64,000 bases of DNA from the human T2T-CHM13v2.0 reference genome, Homo sapiens. The notes under the pieces are model-generated. The model made no database searches, was not told the DNA's origin, and saw nothing but the letters and a program-made list of their open reading frames with translations. The position numbers and the translations under genes are program-made. Every line of letters starts with the position of its first letter. The first letter of the stretch is position 1. This document shows, piece after piece, positions 40,131-52,800 of the stretch. The stretch lies in the NCBI RefSeq assembly GCF_009914755.1, contig NC_060930.1; one strand, written 5' to 3'.

Positions 40131-41734
40131 TGTGTGCACAGAGTCACTAAATATATTAATCTGTACTCCCCAGAGCACCGGGCTGTTTAATTTTTCACTA
40201 GCAATAACATCTGATCTAATCCTTAAATCGGCTCCCAAAGCCTTCCCTCCAGCCCACCCCGCCCCTCCCCCCGAAAAACGTGTGAAGTTATTCAACTTTC
40301 CACCTGTTGCCGGCTGCACTGGGCGTGGGTTATTGCAACCTCTAATGTTGGTTCAGGCTGGGTGGAGGTTGGGGGCCCGTGCTGGGGAGCTGTTGGCCCA
40401 CATGGGCATAGGGAGGGTATGTTTATCAGACGGAAAATAAACACAAAGTGCGGAGTGTGGCTCCCCAAATGTTGTGCAAACAAAGAACAATAATTATTAA
40501 ACAGCTTCCCAAGCAACCCAGCACACCCACCCCTTCTGTGTAAGGCCTTTAAAAATGTACATAAAGTTCCCATTTATCTTTTTGTTTATTAAACTCTAGC
40601 GGTTGTTATAAATACCGGTCAATAGGCCACACAGCCAAAAGGTAACATAAATCTCAGATGTAAGACTTAGATTTTTTAAGCAATTTTGTTGCATGACTCT
40701 TTTATCTTAGCATCCCTTATTTTATTTTGATTTGTTTTCGGCCACAATGAGTCCTTTAGTGCCATTGTGGACTCACAATGCACATGGACATCAGGCTGTG
40801 AATGAAGACAGAGGCAGTTTAAACAAACCAAGCTCTTTCTTTCCTTTCCTTCCATTGTAATATGAATGGGCCTTCTGCATTTGGCTGCTAGGAGACCGGC
40901 TTTGCAAAGCCCTGCTCCAATAAATGGGCTGGAGAGAAAGGGACCCCAATAAACAGCCCAAGTATCCAAGTATCAGAGGGGAAAAAAAAGAAGGAACAAA
41001 ATTTAGGCAAGTATTTTCTCACTTTCAAATCAACATATTTCCTAATCTCAGAATGTTAGTTTCTATTGTTGCATTCCTTGCTTTCAACAGTTTCCTTCAT
41101 TCTTGTCATTGTAATTCCTATTCCCTCTCTCCACCACTTCCAATGAGGAAACAGAACAGGGATAGTTCTGGATCACCATCAAGATTTGTTTTCAAGATGC
41201 AATATTTTCTTTTTTTTTTTTTTTTGTTCCTTTTAGTAAAATGGGAACTGGAGTGGCATATTTGTCGGTCATCATCACTAATAACTCATGATCATACAAT
41301 GCCTTCAAAATTTATTCATTGGGGGATCAGTAGTAGCCTAGTTGGTGAGTCTGAATTTTTTTTAGGAACCATCACAAACTATGATTTGCTTTTCTACTAT
41401 TGAGACTGTTCTTATTCCTGTTAATAAGCTGATTGAGGCAAGATGTGAGGCTGCTTGCAGGTTGCGAAGGTCCCAGGCACTGATTGTGTTAGAAAGTACC
41501 ACCACCTGCCAGCTGTCACTCATTTCTCAGTGGCTAGAGCTCAGGCATCTGGGCACCAAGGAGCCAACCACTCTCCAGGCAGAGGGGAACCCACACTGAC
41601 TTAGAGCTGGTGGGCTAGGGCAAGACATGCAGGAAGTAGAAGGCCACTTCATTTCCTCACTGGCTTGTTCACTCCTGACTCATCACAGGGGCTGAGGACC
41701 CAAAGTGGAACTGGACCTGTCTCTGCCACCAGGT

Positions 41735-42330
41735 GAATTATAAAATGAGTTGGGGAAGACTTTCTTGCTTTTCCATTTTCTGAAAGTTTGTGTAGGATTG
41801 CTATTTCCTCCTTAAAAGTTTGATAGAATTCACTAGTGAGGCTATTAGCACCTGGCCTTTTCTTTGTGGGAAGGTTTTTTTTATTGTTGTTGTTTTGTTT
41901 TGTTTACTTAATTCAACTTCTTCAATTAATATAGGCTTACTCATCATTTCTACTTCTTCTTTGTTCAGGTTTGGTGATTTGCATGGTTCAAGGAATTTCT
42001 TATCTAAAGTTGTTCAAATGTTCTTTTATTCCTTAACTGCAGGTGGTTTCTGTAGTGACACTGTCTTCCATTGCTGGGATGCGCAATGTGTGTCTTCTCT
42101 CTTCTTGAGAGATTATGATCAGAGTATTATAGGCTTATCAGTTGTATCAGTCTTATCAAAGAACCAGTCTTTTGTGTCATTGATTTTTCCCTGCTCTAGG
42201 CAGAGATGGGGCAGCCACTAGGCTCACCTCATTTGTTTTCCTCCTTTCAAGATTCTCCATCCTTTACTTCCTGTTGTCTGTTGTCTGAAAATAGTAATTT
42301 TGTATTTTTGTCCAGTTTTTTAGTTATTTA
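41735..42330 (-). mobile_element. Old L1 ORF2-region fragment
   Basis: tataaaatgagttggg…tttgatagaattcactagtga…ttcaaggaattt is typical of antisense L1M sequence. Confidence 0.65.
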
Positions 42331-42780
42331 AAGTGGGAGGACCAGTTCTGTAGGAATTATTCCTTCTTGGATGGAAGCTAGAACAGGACACTTTTGGTTG
42401 TAACAGAACATCCTGATTCACTATCTGACTATGTATAAAGAAGATTCTCTCTCTTATAATCAGGAAAGAAGGTGGTTTGAGTGCTGGTTGATGTAGTGGC
42501 TCTGCCACGTCAAGGCCCAAGTGCTCTCCTTCTTTCTGCTCTGACATCCATGCCCTGTCAGTCACTCCATTTCCTGACTGCATGATGTCTGCAGCAGTAC
42601 CAGACATCTTCACCATTACAATGATCATAAGAAGAGGAACATTGTCTTTCTACATGATACCTTTTATCAGCAATAAAACACTTCAGCAGCATTTAATGTG
42701 CATTCTCTATGTAGAAATCAGTATGTTTTCATGGTTTTGGCTTTTTGTCTTTCCTAATTTTTGGACGGTCAATTGTTACC

Positions 42781-45131
42781 TGTATTAGTCTGTTCTCATG
42801 CTGCTAATAAAGACATACTTGAGACTGGGTAATTTATAAAGGGAAGAGGTTTAATTGACTCACAGGTCAGCATGGCTGGGGAGGCCTCAGGAAACCTTAC
42901 AATCATGGCAGAAGGGGAAGCAAACACATCCTTCTTCACATGGCAGCAGCAAAGAGAAGTGCAGAGCAAAGGACGGGAAAAGCCCCTTATAAAACCATCA
43001 GGTCTCATGAGAACTCACTCACTATCACCAAAACAGCATGAGGGTATCTGCCCCCATGATTCAATTAACCTCCCAGAAACTTCCTCCCACGACATGTGGG
43101 GATTATGGGAACTACAGTTCAAGATGAGATTTGGATGGGGATACAGCAAAACCATATAATTCCACTCCTGGTCCCTCCCAAATCTCATGTCCTCACATTT
43201 CAAAACACAATCATACCTGCCCAACGGTCCCCCAAAGTCTTAACTCATTCCAGCATTAGCTCAAAAGTCCAAGTCCAAAGTGTCTGAAACAAGACAAGTC
43301 TCTTCCACCTATAAGCCTGCAAAATCACAAGCAAGTTAGTTACTTCCTAGATACAACTGGGGCACAGGCATTGGGCAAATACACCCGTTCCAAATAGGAG
43401 ACACTGGCCAAAACAAAGGGACCACAGGCCCCATGCAAGTCCAAAATCCAATAGGGCAGTCATTAAACCTTAAAGTTCTAAAATGATCCCCTTTGACTCC
43501 ATGTTTCACATCCATGTCACACTGATGCGAGAGGTGGGCTCCCACAGCCTTGGGTAGCTCTACCTCTGTGGCATTGCAGGGTAAACCCCCCCCTCCTGGC
43601 TGCCTTCATGGGCTGGCATAGAGCGTCTGCAGCTTTTCCAGGTGCACTTTGCAAGCTGTTGGTGGATCTACCATTCTAGGGTCTGGACAATGGTGGCCCT
43701 TTTCTCACAGCTCCATTAGGTGGTGTGCCAGTGGGGATTCTGTGTGGGGGATATGACCCCACATTTCCTTTCTGCACTGCCCTAGCAGAGCTTCTCCATG
43801 AGGGCTTTGCCCCTGCAGCAGACCTCTGCCTGGACATCCAGGCATTTCCATACATCCTCTGAAATCTAGGTGGAGGTTCCCAAACCTCTGTTCTTGTCTT
43901 TGGCGCACCAGCAGGACCAATACCACATGGAATCTGCCAAGGCTTGGCACTTGCACCCTCTGAAGCCACAGCCTGATCTGTACATTGGCCCATTTTAGCC
44001 ATGTCTAGAGCAGCTGGGATGCAGGGCACCAAGTCCCTAGGCTGCACACAGAAAGGGGGGGCCTGGGCCTTGCCCAAGAAACCATTTTTCCCTCCTAGGC
44101 CTCTAGGCCTGTAATGGGAGGGGCTGCCATGAAGGTCTCTAACATACCCTGGAGACATTTTCCCCACTGTTTTAGTGATTAACATTCTTCTTCTCATTGC
44201 TTATGCAAATTTGTTGCCAACTTGAATTTCTCCCCCAGAAAATGGGTTTTTTTAATCTATTGCATTGCCAGCCTGCAAATTTTTCAAACTTTTATGCTCT
44301 GCTTCCTCTTGAATGCTTTGCTGTCTAGAAATTTCTTCCACCAGATACCCTAAATCATCTCTCTCAAGTGCAAAGTTCCACAGATCTCTAAGGCAAGGGC
44401 AAAATGTTGCCATTCTCTTTGCTAAAGCATAGCAAGAGTGACCTTTACTCCAGTTCCCAACAACTTCCTCATCTCCATCTAAGACCATCTCAGCCTGGAC
44501 TTCATTGTCCATATCACTAACAGCATTTTGGTCAAAGCCATTCAACAAGTCTCTAAGAAGCTCTAAACTTTCCCACCTGTTCCTATCTTCTGAGCCCTCC
44601 AAGTCTCTAGGAGGTTTCAAACTTTCCCACATTTTCCTATCTTCTACTGAGCCCTCCCAACTGTTCCAACCTCTGCCTGTTACCCCATTCCAAAGTCACT
44701 TCCACATTTTCGGGTATCTTTACAACAGCACCTCACTACCTGGTACCAATTTGCTGTATTAGTCCATTCTCACACTGCTAATAAAGACATACCTGAGACT
44801 GGGTGATTTATAAAGGAAAGAGGTTTAATTGACTCACAGTTCAGCATGGTTAGGGAGGCCTCAGGAAACTTACAATCGTGTTGGAAGGGGAAGCAAACAA
44901 GTCCTTCTTCACCTGGCAGCAGCAAGGAGAAATGTGGAGTGACGCAGGGGAAAAGCCCCTTATAAAACCATCAGGTCTCATGAGAACTCAATCACTATCA
45001 AGAGAACAGCATGGAGGTAACCGCCCCCATGATTCAATTACCTCCCACCAGGTCCTTCCCATGACATGTGGAGATTATAGGAACTACAGTTCAAGATGAG
45101 ATTTGGGTGGGGACACAGCCAAACCATATCA
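42781..45131 (-). mobile_element. Full-length THE1 (THE1C-like) MaLR element: LTR 42781-43159, internal 43160-44754, LTR 44755-45131
   Basis: Two direct ~378-bp LTRs (tgtattagtc…aaccatatca) around THE1 internal sequence; 5-bp TSD TTACC/TTGCC with one mismatch. Confidence 0.93.
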
Positions 45132-45934
45132 TTGCCCAAATAAAATCTTGAGCTCATGTGGTTGTTATACTCAAAAGAAATTTCATTCAGCATCCAAATA
45201 AAAACTGCAAATACATCTTGCAGTCTATTTAAAGGGTCAACTTGTTACCAAGAGAAACCTGTCCCAGATGCCCCTGCCATTCATTTTCTGGGTTTCTCTC
45301 TCACAGCTGATGTGATGTCTCTCACTTTAGCTTTTTCCTCTGCATTAACCCCCAAATTCGCTCTACAGTTTCTTTTTTATTCCCCTTTCTTTTCCTATGT
45401 TTCTCTTTTATGTAAACCTCCATCCTATTTATAGATTTTTTCCCACACTGATAAACTGGCTGTGCACAGCAGAGCACAGGGAAGTGCTTGCCTGAGCTAT
45501 GAAGCAGGAGGTGAAGCAGGATGTGGATAATCCTACGTAACTCTTCTTGCTCTTGTTACACTGATTTCTGCATGCAACTTTTCTTGTAGTCTCCCAGGAA
45601 AGAGACCTTGAAGTAATATTTGACTTTTCCTTCCCTTTGCTGTAGTGTACTGTAGTCATAACAATTTTTTAAAGCTTCAAGATTTAGACAGATTGGAATT
45701 TGAGTGACAGTCGTGCCACTTACTACCACTTGTATTAGTGAATAACTTTTTAAAACTTAAAAATTTTTCCTTATATCAAATATTTATAATCTTAAAATTC
45801 AAATGGTATTTCTAGATTTGTTAACAAAAATAGTAGTTGCCCACACCACACACTCCCACTCCCAATTCCTTCTCTTACATTTATCTCTTATATATTTCTT
45901 TTGTATATGAGAGAATTTACTCTACTTTCTTTTC

Positions 45935-46248
<314 letters not shown>

Positions 46249-46789
46249 TAAGAACACATATTTAATGTTCTGTCCTTACTTTTCAATTGTGCGTATAGTC
46301 TATGGACTTCCTAACTCTAGAAGACAAGGATTTAACTCTCCCACCCTCACTTCCTAGACACATGCACATTTATGTAAACACACGTAAGGTCACCTCCCTT
46401 TTTTCAAAAATAATTATAACACCCCTTTGGGTTAAACTCCCATTCAGCAATTATCTTGTTATAATTACATATTTATTCACAGCCAAGACATATGCTATAT
46501 CCTTTTTTGCATATTGTTTTCACTAGATTCAATAATGGCCTCATTTATTTCCTTATTCACTTTCCTATCTAGCTATTACTTATCATCATCAAATTCTGAA
46601 GATCCCTTTTAAGATATTCATCCATAACAGGCATTCCATGTGATTCACTTCCTTCTGGAAACATCTCTCCTAGAGGCCTCTATCCCCTACTGTATAAGTC
46701 CTAGCTTCTGTCCTAGTACTTCCCTTCTCTCTCCTAAGCTGGGACTTCCTGTTTTTTAGGTCCCAAATATTATCCTCTTTCTTGGCTAA

Positions 46790-47180
46790 TTTCTTAATTT
46801 TGGAGAAGAATATCCTCCAGTAGCTTTCTGAGATAAGGATATCTGAAAATATCTACATCCTACCCACAAACAGCTAATATAGTGAGAGTTGAATTCTATG
46901 TTAGAATTATTTTCTTCAGAATTTTGAAGTTAATGCCCTATTGTATTCCAGCTTCCTGGGATTCTGTGGAGAATTTCCATGCCATTCTGATTTCCAGTCC
47001 TTTAAATGTGACCTTTTCATTTTTCCTTCAGGAAACTCTGAAGATCTTTTCTTTATCCTTGGTGTTCTGAATGCTGTGGCGATGTGCCTTGGTGTTGGTC
47101 TTCCTAGGTTTGTTGTGCTGGGCACCTGCTGGGCCCTTTCGATACGAGAATGTATCTTCTAGACCTGGGAAGATTTTCCT
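46790..47180 (-). mobile_element. Old L1ME fragment
   Basis: gaattattttcttcagaattttgaag…tgtgccttggtgttggtctt pattern. Confidence 0.55.
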
Positions 47181-47542
47181 TCTCTTTTATCTTTCTCTTT
47201 CATTCCTATTTTTCACATGTCACATTTGTGTTTTCTCTTTTTCTTTTTTGTTCCATCATCTGAGCGATACCATCGAATCCATCTGGGAGGCCAATGAGCA
47301 GTCACCTGGTGGGGCTCCTTGCTCTGCCTGCCTTCAAGGCCTCCCCAGTCCAGCTCTGCTTCCTGCTCCCCTCAGCATGAACCTCCTGCGCATGAGAGTT
47401 TGGTCTCCTGAATTTTTCCCTCAGTCTCTTTCCTAGGTTTGCTCCTTCTGCTTGGAGTCCTTCCTCTTCTAACCCTTTGTCAGATCCTACTCCTCCTTCC
47501 AGGCTCAGTTCACAAACTTGCTCCTTGAAGCTTTTTCATCCC

Positions 47543-47890
47543 TGTCTTAGACTGTTCAGACTGCTACAGCAAAGTACCATAGACTGGGTTTAGAAATTCA
47601 TTTCTCATAGCTCTGGAGGCGCTGAGGTCTCAGATCAGGCACCAGCATGGTTAGGTTCTGGTGAGGCCTCTCTTCTGGGTTGCAGGCCATCTTCTCACTG
47701 TATCCTCACACGGTGGAAAGTGGGCAAGAGAGCTCTCTGGCCTCGTTATGGCACTATTCCCATTCATGAGGCTCCACCCTCATGATTTATTCACTTCCCA
47801 AAGGCCCCACCTCCAAAGACCATCACGCTGGGATTAATTTCAACCTATGAACTTGGGGGGGGCGGGGGACAGAAACATTACAACCCTTAC
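47543..47890 (-). mobile_element. MLT1A solo LTR inserted in an L2 remnant
   Basis: tgtcttag…aagtaccatagactggg…cacttcccaaaggccccacctcc…tttcaacctatgaa. Confidence 0.8.
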
Positions 47891-48829
47891 TCCTTACAAT
47901 ATGTTTCACTTGTTGCCTAGTATTTAAAGTATGTTAGTTTATGTCCCCAACCACGATGAGCACTCCTTAAGACTAGAGGTCATTTCACATACTGCTTGGT
48001 GTCACCCCACAGCACTAATCAGCAATAGGTGCTGAACACCATTTGTTGATTTTACTTAAAGAAAAGCCCATCAGGAAACGTAAGCCTTGTATGCTGAATC
48101 GAGATTCCTTCCCAAATCCTTTAATGCATACGTGGTGCCACTTCAATTTGGTAATGTTTTCTGAGTACCTGATCAAGTGCTTTGCTAGAGATTCTGAAGA
48201 AAATCAATAGAATGTTTTTCCTAGAACAATATTTGACCATTTTACTTTCCTGATGGAAGACTCATTAGCTCACCAGGGCTTATAGCTGCCTTGCTGAGAC
48301 ATACTGTGTGTAAGGATAGGTTTGGAGATACATCCTAAATAAGTTGATATTAAAAATTGACATTTGTCAATAACTTACTTTTCAGAAAAATAAATCAGAT
48401 TGGTTTCAAGGTCGTCACTCACACGTGCCTGCCAAAATGTTTGCTTGGTTGTAGAGAAAAAGGCGGAACTGCAGCTAGAGGGGTGGACTTGCGCATCACC
48501 CGGAGCCCACCTGATCTCCTAGCCCAAGGGAGCATGTCCTGAAGGTGAGTTTCGCCATCTTAGAGCAGCTGCAGAAATAAGACTGAGATTGTGGACTGCA
48601 GAGTCCAAACTCCTGAATATGACGACAGGGACCTGCACGATCAGGTGGCACCTGTTCCCCTGTCCCCGCCACCATGTATCCACAGCAGCCACTGGAATTC
48701 CTCTGAAGCATCCTGCTCCCTCACTGCCATTGCCTCTGCCTTTCCTCTCTCTCCTTGGAATTCTCTCCCACCCAATTCCGGACTAGCAAACCTGCCTGAA
48801 ACAACTTTCAGCTGAAGAGTAGTCCAGAG

Positions 48830-49830
48830 CAACAATGGTGACGGTCAGAACACCCGGCCGAGAAGTGCTCAGCGCTGACTGGGGCCGCGCCGTCCCGATA
48901 CGGAGGCGAGGGTCGAACGCCAGGACGTCCCCGCTCCCTCCCCAAACGTGGCGGGGAAGCGCGCGGCGGGTCCCCTGTGCAGGAGCCCCCCGCTGTCCCC
49001 GTTTCCGGCCCAGGCGAGGCTCCCGGCCTCAGGGCCACCCGCCTGGGCCGCGCTCGCACAACTTCGGCCTGAGGCCCCGGGAGCCGCCAGTCCTCAGTGC
49101 CTCCGGCAGGACAAAGACCGGCATGCAGCGTCAAGACACCGTCCGGGCCGCAGGACAGTGTATGAACAAAGAGGTTCAAGGGCGGCACCCGCCCGACGCC
49201 AGCGGGCAGCTACCTGACTGCGCGACCCGAGGTCCGCCAGCACCAGAGCAGTTGCTGTGGCAACAGGCCGCGGCGTCCCACGCCGCCGGCGCCTGCGCGC
49301 CGCGTCCGCTGTCCGCGCCTGCGCGCCTCTCTCCCCGCCCAACCCACGACGCGGGCGCTCCTCACTCTCGCAACGGTCACGCAGACCCCGCCTCTGCGAA
49401 CCCGGCCAAGTCCCGAGCGGAAGCGCCTTGAGCGGAAGCGGAAGTGAACGAGGCGGCTGTGGCGGTGGCTGAGGCGGCTGGGCCTAGGGTGCAGCGGGCG
49501 CGTCTGCGGCTGGTGTTGGCGCATCTCTAGGTAGGGCCGGGCCCGAGGGCACCCGCGGGTCTTCCGGGCCGCTCCCGGCCTGCGTGACCGTCCGTTACCC
49601 GCGTCCGACCCTCGCGCGCGTCAGCCCCTCGGCTTCTGCCCGGTCCCGATGCCTTCCTGGCCGTGCCTCTGTCCTTGTCACCGCGGCTGCGACATCATGG
49701 GATCCTCGCGTCCCCGCTGCCGAGCCCGTCGTCATCCCTGTCCCTGCGCAGAACCCTCCTGCCGAGCCCTGGTCCGCGTCATTGCGTGCTCCCCGACCTC
49801 GCGACCGTCGCCTTGCCTGCCCCATCTTGA
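48830..49830. promoter_or_regulatory. CpG-island housekeeping-type promoter of FAM120B
   Basis: Dense CpG; NRF1-like GCGCCTGCGC at 49289 and 49315; ETS/GABP CGGAAG at 49418, 49433 and 49439; no TATA box. Confidence 0.9.
49430..49530 (+). other. FAM120B: FAM120B main non-coding exon 1 (5' end approximate)
   Basis: Lies in a CpG island next to tandem ETS sites; donor TAG|GTAGGG at 49530/49531. Confidence 0.75.
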
Positions 49831-52800
49831 GGTCACCTCTGACCCCTACTCCCTCCCTTAAGATGTGTGTTTGGCTCCTATATGTCATTTTTGGGTCAGA
49901 GCTGTTATCCTTCGTAGCTGCACGACTTTTCTGGTCGTCTCTAGAAGAGAGAGGCATCCTCTGATCTCTTCACTTTTCTCCCATCATCTGTGGGCTATCC
50001 CTGAATCAGGGCCCCAGCTCTTGGGGGAAAGACAGACAGAAAGACAGGGTTCCCTGCCAGCAAGGAGTTTGCAGACCCGTGGGATAACACTGAGCGTCAA
50101 GCAGATCCCACAATGTAGAAAGAAAAGGGTCCCTCGAGGGTGATTTGCCCAGGAGGGTCCAGGAAATTTCCATAAAGGTTGGATTTGAGCAGAGTTTTAA
50201 GTAGGAGTTGGGAGATGAACGAGAGTTGAGAGCCTATTCCTGGCAGTAAGAACATAAATGTTTAAGACATGAAGGTTTCAGAGTCTTGACATATTTGGGG
50301 AACTAGGAGTTGAGCATTTGTGAGACAAGAAATGTTGGTTAGGGATGGGGAATGGCAGGAAGGAAGCTAAAGAGAATGTGGGGCAAGGAAGTGATGTGAT
50401 CAGATCTTAGCGTTAAAGAGATTCAGTCTGGCAGATATAGGGGTGGGGATGAGGGTGACTGCAGACAGACAAAAAGGCTTTTGTCGTCGTTCAGGGACTG
50501 GAAACCCCGAAATGGTAGTGGAGAGAACCTGGAGGTAAAGAAGTGAGAGGGTAGTCTTTCTGATGGCTTGAGCCCTTGAATAGAGAAGTGCCGAGAGGGA
50601 AAAGCCCAGAATGGGGACCATATCTGGAGCAGCAGGGTCCTAACCACCATCTCCTGAGTATGTGAGAGCATCTTATCCGCAGCTGTACTCCCAAGTTCCT
50701 CCGTGTCTAGTGTCATGCTTTTGTTTTTGACCTTTCTCTGGCCTCCCCTTCACATAGGCTCTTTGACCTGCCCATCTTTGGACTTTGCTGTTAGGAGCCA
50801 CCCTCTGCCACCACTACAGCCTTCACACTCTGTGTTCTGATACCTTCTTCATCCCATTTCTGCCATCTCCCAGCTCCATCATTAGTGAGTGTTTCCCCTG
50901 ACTTTGCCATTCCTTTTGTTTTGGAACTCTAATTGAGCCTTCTTACCAGTTGTATTCTTGAAAAGCACCAACACCATAGCTGGGTCGGGGTCTTCACTGC
51001 TCATCTTCATACACACGCACACCCCCACACACACCCCATTTTGTGACTACCTTGACCTTCCAGTTTTTTTGTTTGGTTTCTAACCACCTAATCTTCCAGA
51101 CATACTGAAATCTCTGATCACCTGTGGCCCACTGAGAAAACTACAGTAGGTGACATCTGGGGTAACGTAGTTTTTAGCATTCTGAGATTTTACCCCATCC
51201 TGGAACCTGAATCTGGATACCATTTATGGGGCAGATTTACTGTAAAGCTAATGAAGTTCAGGTTTCTAGGTCTGTCACTTGCATGGGCCCTTACCTAGGC
51301 TCTGGGACCTCAGAGATCTTGTGTTTATAATTTGTATTCTTTTTTGAAAAGAGGGTTTCCAAATGGTATGTTTCAAGTCTTTCACAGCTTAGATCCCTGC
51401 AAAACTGGCTATTTGTCATATCCAGCCTTGAGATTTGCATTTTTGTCCTTCAGACACCTTCCCTTCCCTACCTCCTACTTCTTCCTCTTCTGGTGTGTGC
51501 TTTTTATTTAGGCCTGGAGAAACAAAATGTGAATGAATGGAACTGATCAAGTTCCTGCCATAACCTGACTTTATTTAGCTCTAGTGTCAGGAGGGAGATG
51601 TCAGAGCTTAGTAACTCAGCATGTTGGACAGGATCTTTGTAACTTCTTTGTTGCAAGCTTAAATGCCTGTATTGTTAGATTTATTTCACTGCTGAGTTGC
51701 CACTCCCTTTAAGAAAAGGTTGATGTTAAGAAGGATAGTCCGCTTAATGGAAATCATAAAAGCAACTCTTAACTCCATGGAAACTAGGGTTATATACTGT
51801 GTAAATTCACACAGGAATTTATTGTGACTTTTGATTTATTACTTTGAAAATGCCACCAGTTATTTTTATAGAACTTGATAATGAGTATAAATAATTGTAA
51901 TTTGTGTTCTGTTGGAAAATCTTCAGATTTAAAACATGTTTAAAGTTTAAATTATTTATGCAAAGATAGGTATTTCTAAGGAATTTTTTAGTAGTAGTTT
52001 TAAATTTCCCTAATATGAGAAGTAAATAATTATCTTATTTTTGCAAATAAGGACATCAGTGATGTACAAAGAGGTTAAATGATTTGTCTTCAGCTGTACA
52101 GTAAATCAGGGCCTCCCTTAGCCAAAAAAGCCAGCTCCTGAGTACTGTTTTGCTTATAAACAAATATTAATAAAGAGGAATCTATTTTATCAGTTCTTAT
52201 TATAGAACATTTAATATAAGATGGACCAAATTATATCTTTTGGTGTTTCCATATATTAATACCTATCTGTGCACATCCGTATATATCTACACACTAGGTT
52301 CTATAAAAGTGGGCAGTGTTAATACTGTTCCTATTAGGACTTTAGTCCAAAGAATTAATTTAATTTGGATTTGTGCAAATTATTATAAAGTCATTTACAG
52401 TAAAACCATGGCTAACTATGATAAGAGCATATTAACTTTCTGAATAGCAGAGGAGTTTTCTGGCTAGATTAGGTTTTTGCCCATTAAGCACCAAAATATC
52501 CCATTTAGGTTGGGAATCTTCCTAAAGTATATTATTTCTTGTGTTCTTAAATAGAATGTGCTGAATGTGATGTAAACTTTCCTCAATGCTCTCAAGTGAC
52601 CATTTAGATATAATGTTATGTTGTGATGTGAATAGTAATGTTAGGCTTATTGAGGCATATACAGCTATTTCCTTTGGGGGTTTTTGCATCTTTCCAGTTT
52701 TTAAAGTTTTCTGTCCTATTGTTTCCTTGGGTCAGCTGTTAGCACTTCTAACTGCTGTCAGTTTTCCTGCCCAAAGTTTCTATATTTTTCTCTACTATGG

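Noticed and set aside
40853-40867. CATTGTAATATGAAT as a SOX2-OCT4 composite
   Set aside because: The octamer half matches only 5 of 8 positions; kept only as a SOX site.
43336-44762. ORFs within the THE1 internal region
   Set aside because: Fragmented MaLR internal sequence with no intact gag or pol.
48455-48544. Possible 90-nt + strand exon (ttgtag|…AAG|GTGAGT) upstream of the FAM120B island
   Set aside because: Weak pyrimidine tract and an in-frame TAG; nothing beyond the donor match supports it.
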